Assembly (NCBI GenBank): GCA_964348935.1
Contig: CAYGEJ010000005.1
Location: 2,845-66,844, forward strand
Source of the DNA: an uncultured Candidatus Saccharibacteria bacterium
GTDB lineage: Bacteria > Patescibacteriota > Doudnabacteria > UBA920
Direction: 5' to 3'
DNA: 64,000 bases
Shown: one piece after another, positions 27,604 to 37,049 of the stretch
Numbering within the stretch: position 1 is the first letter of the stretch
Layout: each line of letters starts with the position of its first letter
Made by a program: the position numbers and the translations under genes
The notes under the pieces: model-generated
What the model was told of the DNA's origin: nothing
Database searches by the model: none
What the model saw: only the letters and a program-made list of their open reading frames with translations

Positions 27604-27614
27604 ATAAATTTTTT

Positions 27615-28064
27615 ATGAATACAATTGACGCATTAAATAAAAAAATAGTATTTGATTTTATTAAACAACACCATTTAGCCGTATTGTCTACTGTTAGTGG
27701 TGATATGTTACCCGAGGCTTCTGTTGTGGGTTTTGATATTGAGCAAAAAAACGCGGATTTTGAAATTCGTTTTGTAACTTTTGATAGCTCTAGAAAACAC
27801 GCAAATTTAAAAAGAAATCCGCGTGTAGCTATGGTTATAGGTTGGGATCATGGCAAGACAATTCAAATAGAAGGTGAAGCATTCGAGGTTACGGATTCGG
27901 AGGATGTAAAAGAAATAGAATGGAAAAATTTAGAAAAAATGCCAACCGTTGCAAAGTATATAAATCCTGAACGAGCTGTATTTTATAAAATTATTCCAAA
28001 ATCGCTTAGATATTCTGATTATTCCACTGAACCTTGGCAAAGAATAGAATTAAAATTTCTATAA
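27615..28064 (+). CDS. Pyridoxamine 5'-phosphate oxidase-like FMN-binding split-barrel protein
   Basis: Size and beta-rich pattern (AVLSTVSGDMLPEASVVGF...RVAMVIGW) fit the PNPOx-like fold. Weakly supported. Confidence 0.4.
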   Translation: MNTIDALNKKIVFDFIKQHHLAVLSTVSGDMLPEASVVGFDIEQKNADFEIRFVTFDSSRKHANLKRNPRVAMVIGWDHGKTIQIEGEAFEVTDSEDVKEIEWKNLEKMPTVAKYINPERAVFYKIIPKSLRYSDYSTEPWQRIELKFL

Positions 28065-28068
28065 TTTT

Positions 28069-28461
28069 ATGAATAATATTATAAATATTGAGCAGGAAAC
28101 TTTGAATAATAATAATTTTCGCAAAGTTTTATATACTACTAAAAATATTCAACTGGTAGTAATGTCTCTTTTGCCAAACGAGGAAATAGGTACAGAGACT
28201 CACCATTTAGACCAGTTTTTTAAAGTGGAAATTGGTTCCGGTAAAGCGGTTTTGGACGGTGAAGAATATATTATAAGCAATGGGTATGCGGTAATAATTC
28301 CCGCCGGAGTTGAGCATAATATTATAAATACAGACCCAGTGGCACATATGAAATTATATACAATATACTCACCGCCAAATCATGAAAATGGGGTTATTCA
28401 TTCAACCAAAAGGGAAGCAGAGGTAGACGAAGAACACTTTGAAGGAATGGTGATGGAATAA
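28069..28461 (+). CDS. Cupin domain protein
   Basis: Cupin motif 2, GYAVIIPAGVEHNIIN, and an upstream His-containing block. Confidence 0.55.
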   Translation: MNNIINIEQETLNNNNFRKVLYTTKNIQLVVMSLLPNEEIGTETHHLDQFFKVEIGSGKAVLDGEEYIISNGYAVIIPAGVEHNIINTDPVAHMKLYTIYSPPNHENGVIHSTKREAEVDEEHFEGMVME

Positions 28462-28509
28462 TTTGGACAAAATAATACCGCCAGATCCCTGAGTCTGGCG
28501 GTGTTTTCC

Positions 28510-28929
28510 TTATGCAACCAGTTGGTTGCGGTTAAAAGTTGGAGTTACGGCAATTGCCCCATAAAGCACAGGGAGGGGGCGAATAAGAGCCGCGTAAGCG
28601 AACAAAAGTTCGGCTGCGGGTAAAACATCTACGACTTGTCCTACGGAAAGGATTGGCAGAAGGATTTTGTTATTATGATGTTTAACACAGCTAAAACCGA
28701 GACCAGCAGGTTCGCTAATTACGAGTGCGTGAGCGTCACGGACGTGCGCTTGGCATGGGCATAACCGATATTGAATCAGTTGAGCGCGTCGTCCCACTGG
28801 GACTTTAACTACGACAGAAGCGTCGCATGGGTCTACGAGATATTTAACCCCGTTAACTTCATGAACCACAAGGGTTTCGCCAAAGTCGCTCACGTGTCGT
28901 GAAGAAAAGACCTCTTGAAGAGTAGTCAT
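28510..28929 (-). CDS. Hypothetical protein, GC-rich, divergent partner of the EEP gene
   Basis: 139 aa; GC is far above the genome background. Several Cys/His (CPCQAH, SCVKHH). No recognisable family. Confidence 0.5.
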   Translation of the reverse strand: MTTLQEVFSSRHVSDFGETLVVHEVNGVKYLVDPCDASVVVKVPVGRRAQLIQYRLCPCQAHVRDAHALVISEPAGLGFSCVKHHNNKILLPILSVGQVVDVLPAAELLFAYAALIRPLPVLYGAIAVTPTFNRNQLVA

Positions 28930-29096
28930 ACGAATCTATCCTTTTAAGTATGTTACTTCTTCATTATCACCTCCTTATTTAGTGATTTTCATATTCTATT
29001 CCTTTTGCCAAATTTTGGCAACCTTGGATTTTTGGCTTATTTGTAATATACTAATGCGGTTACAAAAAAATCTAAAAATTACAAGGGGGTAGAGAG

Positions 29097-29837
29097 GTGA
29101 AAATCATTAGTCTCAACATTAATAAAGGTCGGCCTAATCTGGATCGACAAATCAGTTTTCTTCGAGGTCAGGGCGCGGGATTGATTTTTCTGCAGGAGGT
29201 TTTGGAATACCAAGTCGCTATCTTCAAGAAGCAACTCGGCTGTGAAGCCTACTGGGGGCAAATGTCTCAGTCCTATGATCTTGGCGAGGGATTAAGGGGA
29301 AATCTTATTCTTTCTGCCAAGCCACTCACAAGCGTTTGTGTTCATGACCTTGGGTCATTCGACCAAGAGCGTATAAGGAGTTCGCGCTATGAAAATTTAA
29401 ACATTTCACTTGTCAGCGGGTACTGTGAGGATCTTGGGTGTGTAGTAGCTTGCACGCATCTCCCGTGGTCTGAAACATCAGAAGTAGATGGTGTTCAGTG
29501 CAAGGCACTGGGGCAACTTAACATGAAGATTGTTGACGAGCGTTTGGCGCTAATTGGTCTGGACGTTAATAGCGCTCGGGTGTTGCCCAACGGCTTAGAG
29601 GGGGAAATTTGGAGAGATTTATCCAGCGTCCTTACTGATGGTGTGCCACTTGAGATTGAGTCCACGATAGATCCAGAACATCACTGGCTAAATAATGGGC
29701 CGATAAAGGTGAAGAACGTTATCGATGGGTTGTTTTTTAACCCGCGGGTGGTGAAGGTGGTCTCACTGACCAAGAGCACTGGTCTTAGTGATCATTGCGC
29801 ACTAGTTGCATATGTTGAGGCTGTAAATGCTAAGTAG
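29097..29837 (+). CDS. Endonuclease/exonuclease/phosphatase (EEP) family protein, GC-rich
   Basis: GTG start after GGGGGTAGAGAG. N-terminal LNINKG and C-terminal SDHCALVA blocks correspond to EEP-family catalytic motifs. A strong terminator at 29847-29889 follows. Confidence 0.6.
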   Translation: MKIISLNINKGRPNLDRQISFLRGQGAGLIFLQEVLEYQVAIFKKQLGCEAYWGQMSQSYDLGEGLRGNLILSAKPLTSVCVHDLGSFDQERIRSSRYENLNISLVSGYCEDLGCVVACTHLPWSETSEVDGVQCKALGQLNMKIVDERLALIGLDVNSARVLPNGLEGEIWRDLSSVLTDGVPLEIESTIDPEHHWLNNGPIKVKNVIDGLFFNPRVVKVVSLTKSTGLSDHCALVAYVEAVNAK

Positions 29838-29846
29838 TCGCACGGG

Positions 29847-29889
29847 CCCCAAAGCCAGACAATTATGTCCGGCTTTGGGTCTTTTTTTA
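29847..29889 (+). terminator. Intrinsic terminator (cccaaagcc...ggctttggg + T7)
   Basis: 9-bp stem then tctttttttat. Confidence 0.75.
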
Positions 29890-29905
29890 TGATATTATAT
29901 ATAGT

Positions 29906-30481
29906 ATGAAGATCTTGTGGAAAATTTATAAATATTTTGCAATTACAGTCGTTACGGTTATTATTTTAGACGCGTTTATTGTGCTTGGTATTGGTACTTA
30001 TCGTCCAGAGATTAAAAAGGTGGATGCCATTGTGGTACTTGGTGCTGCTATAAACACCCCGACTTTATATAATAGAAGTTTGCAAGGGCTAAAATTATAT
30101 GAAGAAGATAAGGGTCTTCTTATGGTGCTTTCTGGTGGAAGGATTAGTGTTAAAGATATATCCGAAGCTGGTTATATGAAAAAGGTTATTTTAAGCAAGG
30201 CAAAACAACCAGTCCCAATTATTTTAGAGGAAGACTCGCATAATACTTATGAAAACATTAATAATACCAAAGCTAAAATTGGGGAAGGTAAGAGTTTATT
30301 AATTGTTAGCGATGAATATCATTTAGCCAGAGCCGTGCTTCTTGCCAAGCGGGCAGGTTTTGGACCGGTTTATTGGAGTTCTCCAGTACCTTTTTATTAC
30401 TCTAAAAGGGAATTGGGTATGTACTATTTACGCGAAGTCGTAGCAATGCTGAGCTATATACCCAAGTTTATTTTTGGGTAG
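29906..30481 (+). CDS. DUF218 (YdcF/SanA/ElyC-like) domain membrane-anchored protein
   Basis: N-terminal TM then VVLGAAINTPTLYNRSLQGLKLYEEDKG...LSGG, characteristic of DUF218. Confidence 0.55.
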   Translation: MKILWKIYKYFAITVVTVIILDAFIVLGIGTYRPEIKKVDAIVVLGAAINTPTLYNRSLQGLKLYEEDKGLLMVLSGGRISVKDISEAGYMKKVILSKAKQPVPIILEEDSHNTYENINNTKAKIGEGKSLLIVSDEYHLARAVLLAKRAGFGPVYWSSPVPFYYSKRELGMYYLREVVAMLSYIPKFIFG

Positions 30482-30487
30482 AAGTAT

Positions 30488-30516
30488 TTGACGAATTTAT
30501 CAAGCTTTGGTATAAT
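30488..30516 (+). promoter_or_regulatory. Promoter TTGACG - 17 nt - TATAAT of the rplJL operon
   Basis: Consensus-like hexamers with 17-nt spacing about 175 nt upstream of rplJ. Confidence 0.6.
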
Positions 30517-30522
30517 GCATTT

Positions 30523-30692
30523 AATTGAATATCCCAAGACAGTTGGTCCCCGTTAAAGTGGGGTTAATACATCTAACAGATGTGCCCACCGAGGAATAAT
30601 ATTAGCTTATAGCTATTAGCTTGTAGCTTATAATAACTCTCTCGGGTAAACCCCGAGTTTTATTTTGGATATTTTATAATTAAAGGTCGAAA
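30523..30692 (+). promoter_or_regulatory. rplJ (L10) leader; putative L10-L12 autoregulatory RNA with terminator-like hairpin at 30649-30675
   Basis: About 170-nt structured 5' UTR before rplJ with (tagctta)-type internal repeats and a ctcggg taaac cccgag + T-run hairpin. Position and size match the known L10 leader; no covariance check was possible. Confidence 0.5.
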
Positions 30693-31259
30693 ATGTTTGA
30701 TTTGTCAGTAATAACTATATACAAGATTATGGCTATTAAAAAAGAACAAAAAGAGAAAGATTTACAAGAGTTAACCGAAAAGTTAAAAGATGCGAAGTCC
30801 GTAGTCTTTACAAAATATTCCGGAACTACCGTAAAAGACCTAGATACTTTTAGAAATACACTTCGCAAAGAAAATGTATTTTCAAAAGTTTATAAAATTA
30901 CATTAATTAAAAAAGCTTTAGAAGCCGTAGGGATTCCTTCTTCTTCCATTGAATACAAGACACCTGTAATTTTATCGCTCTCTAAAGAAGATGAAACAGC
31001 TCCAGCTAGAATTATTAAAAATTTAACCAGAGAGTTAAAAACTTTAGGAATTTTAGAAGGTGTTGTTAACGGCAAGCTTATGAGTAAATCCGAAGTAGAA
31101 GTTTTGGCAAGCTTGCCAAGTAAAGACCAGTTGCGATCACAGTTTATGTCTGTATTAAACGGACCTGTATCCGCTTTTGCCAGAGTTTTAAAAGCTCGTG
31201 CAGAAAAAATTGGCGAAGTAGCTACTTCTGCTCCAGTTGCAGAAACAGTAGCTGCATAA
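30693..31259 (+). CDS. rplJ: 50S ribosomal protein L10
   Basis: About 170-188 aa followed directly by rplL. The true start may be the internal MAIKKEQ, 10 codons downstream. Confidence 0.85.
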   Translation: MFDLSVITIYKIMAIKKEQKEKDLQELTEKLKDAKSVVFTKYSGTTVKDLDTFRNTLRKENVFSKVYKITLIKKALEAVGIPSSSIEYKTPVILSLSKEDETAPARIIKNLTRELKTLGILEGVVNGKLMSKSEVEVLASLPSKDQLRSQFMSVLNGPVSAFARVLKARAEKIGEVATSAPVAETVAA

Positions 31260-31323
31260 TAATTTATCAATTAACATATCCGTAAATAATCCTCGTGAAG
31301 TTTTACGGAAAAGGTAACAATAT

Positions 31324-31728
31324 ATGTCCGACGAAGTAAAGACAGTAGAAGTTCCAGAAAAATACAAGTCTGTTGTTGACCAAGTAGAAAAGTTAACAGC
31401 AATTGAACTTTCTGAGCTTGTGAAAATTTTAGAAGAAAAATTTGGCGTAAGCGCTGCTGCCCCTATGATGATGGCGGCTGGTGGTGCTGGTGCAGGCGCA
31501 GCAGCTGTAGAAGAAAAAACTGAATTTACAGTTGAATTAACTGAAGCTGGTGCAAATAAGATTAACGTAATTAAAGTTGTACGCGAAGTTACAGGTCTTG
31601 GACTTAAAGAAGCTAAAGACATTGTAGATGCTGCTCCAAAAGCAGTTAAAGAAAACATGCCTAAGGCTGATGCTGAAGCTTTGAAAAAGAAATTAGAAGA
31701 AGCTGGTGCAAAAGTTACAATGAAATAA
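31324..31728 (+). CDS. rplL: 50S ribosomal protein L7/L12
   Basis: N-terminal dimerisation helix, Ala/Gly hinge, and C-terminal domain ending in [21 protein letters not shown]. Confidence 0.95.
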   Translation: MSDEVKTVEVPEKYKSVVDQVEKLTAIELSELVKILEEKFGVSAAAPMMMAAGGAGAGAAAVEEKTEFTVELTEAGANKINVIKVVREVTGLGLKEAKDIVDAAPKAVKENMPKADAEALKKKLEEAGAKVTMK

Positions 31729-31754
31729 TTTTTGTTTTAACAAAAGTTTTATAA

Positions 31755-31788
31755 ATAACCGTCCCGATTAATAGGGACGGTTATTTTA
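31755..31788 (+). terminator. Palindromic terminator (AACCGTCCCGATTAATAGGGACGGTT)
   Basis: Perfect 9-bp stem; third member of the CCGTYCC-GATTAAT-GGRACGG hairpin family. Confidence 0.7.
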
Positions 31789-31833
31789 ATTTAAAAAAAT
31801 CCCCGGCGGTGAGTGTGCCGCTGGGGTAGAGAG

Positions 31834-32235
31834 TTAACCGTATGGCATGAGCATAAAGCCACGCCAGCCTTTGAAGATGTGTACACTGAAGGCAAGAACC
31901 TGGCTTACAGCTAGGACGACAATTTGGGTTTTTGTCGTGCAGTGGAAGTCGGTTGCCGGCCAGTCAAGTTGCCAGTAAGCTACCCAGAGCAACGCTCCCG
32001 TAGCGGAAACCCACAATGAAATCGGTTCTGCCTTGAACCCCGTGATTGTGGCGCAGAGTCCGCAAACGAATATTGTAATAACAATGACCCGAATCGACCA
32101 GGCGCTGTTCGTCCACATTTCACAGCGGTTGGTCAGAAGGTTTTCGTTAGTCGTTGCCAATGGTGCCTCGCCAAATATGAAAAACAAGAGGCAAAACAGG
32201 GATACAAAACTCACAATTCTTAGAGCCATTTTCAT
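31834..32235 (-). CDS. Hypothetical 4-TM membrane protein, GC-rich with AAAGGAGGG RBS
   Basis: 133 aa; GC is well above the flanks. GC hairpin 31801-31830 downstream. Confidence 0.5.
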   Translation of the reverse strand: MKMALRIVSFVSLFCLLFFIFGEAPLATTNENLLTNRCEMWTNSAWSIRVIVITIFVCGLCATITGFKAEPISLWVSATGALLWVAYWQLDWPATDFHCTTKTQIVVLAVSQVLAFSVHIFKGWRGFMLMPYG

Positions 32236-32461
32236 GACCCTCCTTTTAAATTTTATTTATAGTAGCTTAATACTAAGCTTATTGCAACATATTAAAATAA
32301 ATGTCATAATGTTGTTTATGCCCAATAGAGCTTCTTTGCAAGCCTCCTTTCATGAATAGATGTTTTAAGAAGTTTTATTTTAATCAGGGTAATATGTTTA
32401 ATTAAAAAAATTTTTGTTGTCGGCAAAAACCTTCAGCAATTGCAAAGAAATTCTACTGGGT

Positions 32462-33547
32462 ATGAAAAATTTTTGGCAACAACTAAATAAGCCAATATTC
32501 TGCTTGGCTCCTATGGAAGAAGTTACAGACGTGGCTTTTAGGGAAATGTTTGCAAAATATAGCAATCCAAGTAGGCAAATTTGCTCTACCAACGAGGACT
32601 TGTTTGAAAAGGGAGGCGGGGAAGCGTTGGAAGGGAAAAACCCTTTGCATGGGATTGCCCCTCCAAATGACTTCGTTATGTATACCGAGTTTGTGAATGT
32701 GGATGGGTTAACACATCCGGAAGGATATAAAAAATTATCTTTAGACTTAAAATTTACAGAAAATCAAAGGCCTATTGTTGCGCAAATTTGGGGTACAAAT
32801 CCGGAGAAATTTTATGAAGCTTCTAAAATAGTAGCTAATATGGGTTTTGATGGTATAGATATTAATATGGGATGCCCCCAGGATAAAGAAATTGGCCTTG
32901 GGGCTTGTGCTGCGCTAATTAGAAATCCAATGCTAGCCAAAGAGATAATTCAAGCGGTTAAGAAAGGGGCAGGAGGTTTACCTGTGTCTGTAAAAACCAG
33001 AATTGGTTATACGAAGCCGGAAGAAATGGAATCTTGGATTGTAAATTTATTGGAGTGTAATGTTGCTACAATTGCCCTGCATGGTAGAACTAAACAGGAG
33101 AAGAGTAAGGTGCCGGCTCATTGGGATGTTATTGCAATGGCAGTTAAGGTTAGAGACGGATATTATCAGAATAAGGAGATGGGTTTAAAAACCTTAATTA
33201 TTGGCAATGGTGATATTAAGTCTTACGAGGAAGGACTGCAAAGACTAAAAGAATCTGGTTGTGATGGCGTAATGGTCGGTAGAGGTGCATTCGGTAGCCC
33301 TTGGTTTTTTAGGAACGACTCATATGTTCATACCGCAAAAGAGCGTATGGAAATTATGCTTGAGCATTCAGAATATTTTGAAAATGAATTTTCAGGAATT
33401 AAAAACTTCCAGGTAATGCGTAAGCATTTTAAAGCTTATGCATCTGGTTTTGCCGGTTCACACGAATTGCGTGCTAAATTAATGGGAGTGAAAAATTTAG
33501 AAGAAACAAAAAAAATTGTACAGGAATTTTTGGCGAACAATACCTAA
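32462..33547 (+). CDS. dus: tRNA-dihydrouridine synthase
   Basis: FMN/TIM-barrel blocks with the catalytic Cys in NMGCPQ and a C-terminal helical domain. Start set at the internal MKNFWQQL. Confidence 0.8.
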   Translation: MKNFWQQLNKPIFCLAPMEEVTDVAFREMFAKYSNPSRQICSTNEDLFEKGGGEALEGKNPLHGIAPPNDFVMYTEFVNVDGLTHPEGYKKLSLDLKFTENQRPIVAQIWGTNPEKFYEASKIVANMGFDGIDINMGCPQDKEIGLGACAALIRNPMLAKEIIQAVKKGAGGLPVSVKTRIGYTKPEEMESWIVNLLECNVATIALHGRTKQEKSKVPAHWDVIAMAVKVRDGYYQNKEMGLKTLIIGNGDIKSYEEGLQRLKESGCDGVMVGRGAFGSPWFFRNDSYVHTAKERMEIMLEHSEYFENEFSGIKNFQVMRKHFKAYASGFAGSHELRAKLMGVKNLEETKKIVQEFLANNT

Positions 33548-35577
33548 GGTAGGCTGACTTTAAGCAGGGTACTGTCGTTAAGCACGTAAATTGTCTTGTT
33601 TTGTTCGTCTACTGAAAAATCTTTTAATAGGGTAAATTGTGCAGACTTAATGCTGTTAATTAGCTCGCCTTTTTTACTCAAAATTATAATTCTGTTATTT
33701 CCAGAATCTAATAGATAAACATATTTAAAATCTTTTTGGGTATATATTTTTCCAGTTCCGGAAAAAGGTGTGGTTAGAGTGTCTAAGCTAAACTCGGCAA
33801 TGTTTCCGCTTTGAAATTTGAGTGCGCCAGTTTTGGTTAAAATATATATGTTGCTATCAATTGCAATATCTATTGCCTCACTTAATTCAGGATTTCTTAC
33901 AGATACGACTGGTTTGGAAAACCCCGCTCTACTTGCTAAAAAACTAATAACAGAAGCCGATTTTTTGTCTACTAAGTAAGCTCGGTTGTTTGTTGGGTAC
34001 ACTGCGAGTCCTGCCCAGTCTGTACTTCGAGGTACAACTTCGTTAAACCCTATGGAAATGTTTCCTGAGCTAAAGTCCCAAGTATAAATGTTATTTCCGT
34101 CATAAATTGCGGCTAAATTGCCACTAATATAGGACGACTTTAAAATACGAATGGGTAATTTTAAGACACTATCTTCAATTTTGCCATTTTGCCTGTTGTA
34201 GCTAATAATAGCTTCATTAATTTGAGTGCCTAAATAGTTCGGAAGGCTAATTAAGTTGTCGGCTTGGCCAATACTTCCCAAGCTGGATACTTGGGGGTCG
34301 TAGGTTTTGTCCATTTGACCTTGGGTATTTTTTAAGTCATTTAAAATTTGAGTATAGAGTTCTTTATTTCCCGAGTCTACATTCTTTTCATCAGGGAGTT
34401 TTTGTATTGCCTGCCGGAGGTAGTTTGTAGCTGCTGTATCGTCTTTATATAGCACAGATCCTTGGGCACTCAGTAGTAAATTTTGAACTTCTTTTAATTG
34501 GTTTGTAATTTGGGTAGAAGTAGTTTTTGTTTTATTTAAATTTATTGCAACGGTAATACTAAAAATTACGGCAATACCAAGTATGGCAGCAGAAATAAAA
34601 AAGAATTTTTTTGTTTTGCTTAAGTTTTTAAAGACAGTCGGGTTAACATTTTTGCTTAAATTTTGCGCTGAGTGTTTAGCTACTAGCACCCAACCGTGGC
34701 TTTTGGCCAAAATATTCCTTGTGTTCCCGGTAATATTCGCCATGCGTTCGCCAATGGAGATTTTAGGGATTTCCACTTTTGGAACCCTACCTTTGCTTCT
34801 GTCTAATGCAAAGGCCGATTTAATGTAAGCGAGGATTTTTTTTGGTAAATTTTCAGGATTGTAAGGCTTTTCTACAATATAACTTTCTAAGTCATCATCT
34901 TCTTCGGCGGTTTGTCCTACAGGTACCTGCAAGTTTAGCAAAACACCAAATGCAACTTGCGGGTCTGAAGCTGCTTTTAGCATTTCAATTATTGTTTTAG
35001 TAGCGGTCAAAAAGTCGGAGCTGCTAACAATATTTAACAACCTGTCCATAGACAAGTGGTTGAAAAGTTGTGTGGTTGAAAGTATTAATAAATCTCCCAA
35101 CTTAATTTTTCCACTGGCATAATTTTCAAATGTTTTAAGTGGGTGAATTTGAGCAGGCGAACAGGAGATGTCTGTATACTCCTTATTTCGTAAAAGAAAG
35201 GCCGAAACTTTGCCACAACTTGCAATATGAAAAGTATTGCCGGTTTTGACCGCCAATATACAATTTAATTTGTTTACCCACTGAGTTTGACCCAGGGATG
35301 TTAGTTTGCCTAACTCTTCGTTAATATTGGCAATGGCATTTTCAAATGAATTATCCTGCTCAGTCCGTCTGTATGATCTTTTAAATGTTGAGGAGATTGC
35401 CAAGCATATCCTTTCGCAGGATTCTTCAGCCGCCGGATTAAGGAGTGGAAGTTCTGCAACAAGGTATAACTCGGTCGTTCCAACAGGTGCCTTTTCCGCC
35501 ATTATGTAAACATAACTATTTGCAGTTTTTTTGTTTCCTAGCTGTATTTTGGCTATTTGAGACTCTAATTCATTCAC
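33544..35577 (-). CDS. Single-pass membrane protein: cytoplasmic PP2C-like (apparently degenerate) domain + extracellular beta-propeller/NHL-like domain
   Basis: The N-terminal 300 aa align by eye to PP2C blocks (TGNTFHIASCGKVSAFLLRNKEYTDIS against the AHVGDSR..G..LT.DHS pattern; GDLLILSTTQLFNHL against the GDYLVVNSDGLTN pattern). The metal-binding DGxGG is replaced by AEKAPVG. A TM helix follows at about residue 320, then a repeat-rich beta domain. Confidence 0.45.
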   Translation of the reverse strand: MNELESQIAKIQLGNKKTANSYVYIMAEKAPVGTTELYLVAELPLLNPAAEESCERICLAISSTFKRSYRRTEQDNSFENAIANINEELGKLTSLGQTQWVNKLNCILAVKTGNTFHIASCGKVSAFLLRNKEYTDISCSPAQIHPLKTFENYASGKIKLGDLLILSTTQLFNHLSMDRLLNIVSSSDFLTATKTIIEMLKAASDPQVAFGVLLNLQVPVGQTAEEDDDLESYIVEKPYNPENLPKKILAYIKSAFALDRSKGRVPKVEIPKISIGERMANITGNTRNILAKSHGWVLVAKHSAQNLSKNVNPTVFKNLSKTKKFFFISAAILGIAVIFSITVAINLNKTKTTSTQITNQLKEVQNLLLSAQGSVLYKDDTAATNYLRQAIQKLPDEKNVDSGNKELYTQILNDLKNTQGQMDKTYDPQVSSLGSIGQADNLISLPNYLGTQINEAIISYNRQNGKIEDSVLKLPIRILKSSYISGNLAAIYDGNNIYTWDFSSGNISIGFNEVVPRSTDWAGLAVYPTNNRAYLVDKKSASVISFLASRAGFSKPVVSVRNPELSEAIDIAIDSNIYILTKTGALKFQSGNIAEFSLDTLTTPFSGTGKIYTQKDFKYVYLLDSGNNRIIILSKKGELINSIKSAQFTLLKDFSVDEQNKTIYVLNDSTLLKVSLP

Positions 35578-35876
35578 TATATTTGGAGTTAGGTATTGAT
35601 TCTAAGGTAAATAAATTTAAGAATCCAGACTCATCAATCATATCTGGTTTAATAACTTACAGTGTATATTATACAATATTTTATAAAAAAAACAAAATAC
35701 CTGTAGTTATGCCCAGACTTTAATTTTTTACAATGGAATTAGGACGTTTAAATATGCTATAATTTTATTATACCCAGTAGAGCTTTGTGATAATTATTGG
35801 TTCTTGGGTTAAATAATATTAATTTATATTGCCTGTAGCAAGGTTGTGGAGGCAATTGTACGAGATTATACTGGGC

Positions 35877-36452
35877 ATGCTTAAAGATATAATAGATTCT
35901 AAAATTGATTCCGCAGTGCTAAGCTTTTTTTTAGCAGCACCGGAACGAAGTTTCTCGATTGTTGAAATTGCAAAAAGATTAAAACTTTCTTCGGTGGCTA
36001 CGTCCCAGGCCTTAAGCAGGCTGGTGCATGTTGGTCCAATAAAAACTTTTTCAAAAAAAGGGAAAAAATATTTTTTAGTAGACAATAAGTATAAGTTACT
36101 TTCAGAAATGAAGAGTTATTGGCTTAAAGAAGGGCCAAAGTACCAGGATGAATTATTTTTAGCCATAAAAAAACTCGGTCAAGTAAAAGCGGCTTTTTTA
36201 AGTGGTTTGTTTTGTGGTCATACGACTTTGCCGGTAGACATGCTTCTTGTTGGGAAAGTTAATTTAAAAAGACTTTCTGAATTTTTAAAACATGTAGAAA
36301 AACTCATGGGTCAGGAGATTAATTACAGCATAATGTCCGTAGAAGAGTTTTTATTAAGAAGAAATACTTTCGATAAATTTATTAAGGATATTTTTGATTA
36401 TAGCCATTTAGTGGTTGTAGACGAGCTTAGTAAGAAAAAAAATAAAAAATAA
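35877..36452 (+). CDS. Winged-helix transcriptional regulator (putative)
   Basis: FSIVEIAKRLKLSSVATSQALSRLVHVG HTH-like segment. Start ambiguous (TTG at 35829 or ATG at 35877). Confidence 0.4.
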   Translation: MLKDIIDSKIDSAVLSFFLAAPERSFSIVEIAKRLKLSSVATSQALSRLVHVGPIKTFSKKGKKYFLVDNKYKLLSEMKSYWLKEGPKYQDELFLAIKKLGQVKAAFLSGLFCGHTTLPVDMLLVGKVNLKRLSEFLKHVEKLMGQEINYSIMSVEEFLLRRNTFDKFIKDIFDYSHLVVVDELSKKKNKK

Positions 36453-36456
36453 ATAT

Positions 36457-36699
36457 ATGACACTAGTAGATGTTCAAAATTTATATTTGGAATTTTTGAA
36501 TAATTTCCCCCCAAACTTACGTTCGGTTATTTCTATAGGCATGGCAGTGCTTTTAATGTATTCAATTTTTAAAGTTATTAAAAAGGATTGGATTTTTTTA
36601 ATCGTTCTAATTTTGTTATTGCCTGGTAGTAAGACTATTTTACAATCGGTATGGCAAGGGGTACTAGTTTTTATAAAATTTTTGTTAAATACAAAATAA
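36457..36699 (+). CDS. Small 2-TM membrane protein
   Basis: 80 aa hydrophobic. Confidence 0.35.
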   Translation: MTLVDVQNLYLEFLNNFPPNLRSVISIGMAVLLMYSIFKVIKKDWIFLIVLILLLPGSKTILQSVWQGVLVFIKFLLNTK

Positions 36700-36827
36700 A
36701 ATACAAATTAAAACTTTGTGGATAACTATAAGGTAAACGTATGTTTACCTTATTTTTATTGGAGTTTGACATATGGTGAACGAACGTATAGTATTAGGTT
36801 AAGGTTAGCAGATTAAAGAGTTAAGAT

Positions 36828-37049
36828 ATGCTATTCACCGACTTATTGGTTTATAAAAAATTATTTGATTTAGCTTTAAGTGTTAATGATCTAACTTTAA
36901 AGTTTCCAAAGTTTGAAATGTTTGAGTTAGGTTCTCAGTTAAGAAGGTCGTCTAATTTTAAAAAGTATTTACCAAATGAGCAATATAATTTCTATTTAAA
37001 TGAATATCAAACAGCATCAAAAAAGTTGTATGGTCTTGAAAAACACTAG
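36828..37049 (+). CDS. Four-helix-bundle protein (23S rRNA IVS protein / Avd-like family), apparently truncated
   Basis: N-terminal 40 aa match the family consensus: LLVYKKLFDLALSVNDLTLKFPKFEMFELGSQLRRSS against the EDLEVWKKAHELVLEIYKLTKKFPKEEKFGLTSQLRRAA pattern. Normal members are about 115 aa; this one is 73 aa with a diverged C-terminus. A TTGACA-type promoter lies at about 36768-36795. Confidence 0.5.
   Translation: MLFTDLLVYKKLFDLALSVNDLTLKFPKFEMFELGSQLRRSSNFKKYLPNEQYNFYLNEYQTASKKLYGLEKH

Noticed and set aside
24963-30692. Shared 12-mer AAGGTCGAAAAT upstream of the 25003 gene and of rplJ
   Set aside because: A single 12-mer coincidence is expected many times by chance in 64 kb of AT-rich DNA.
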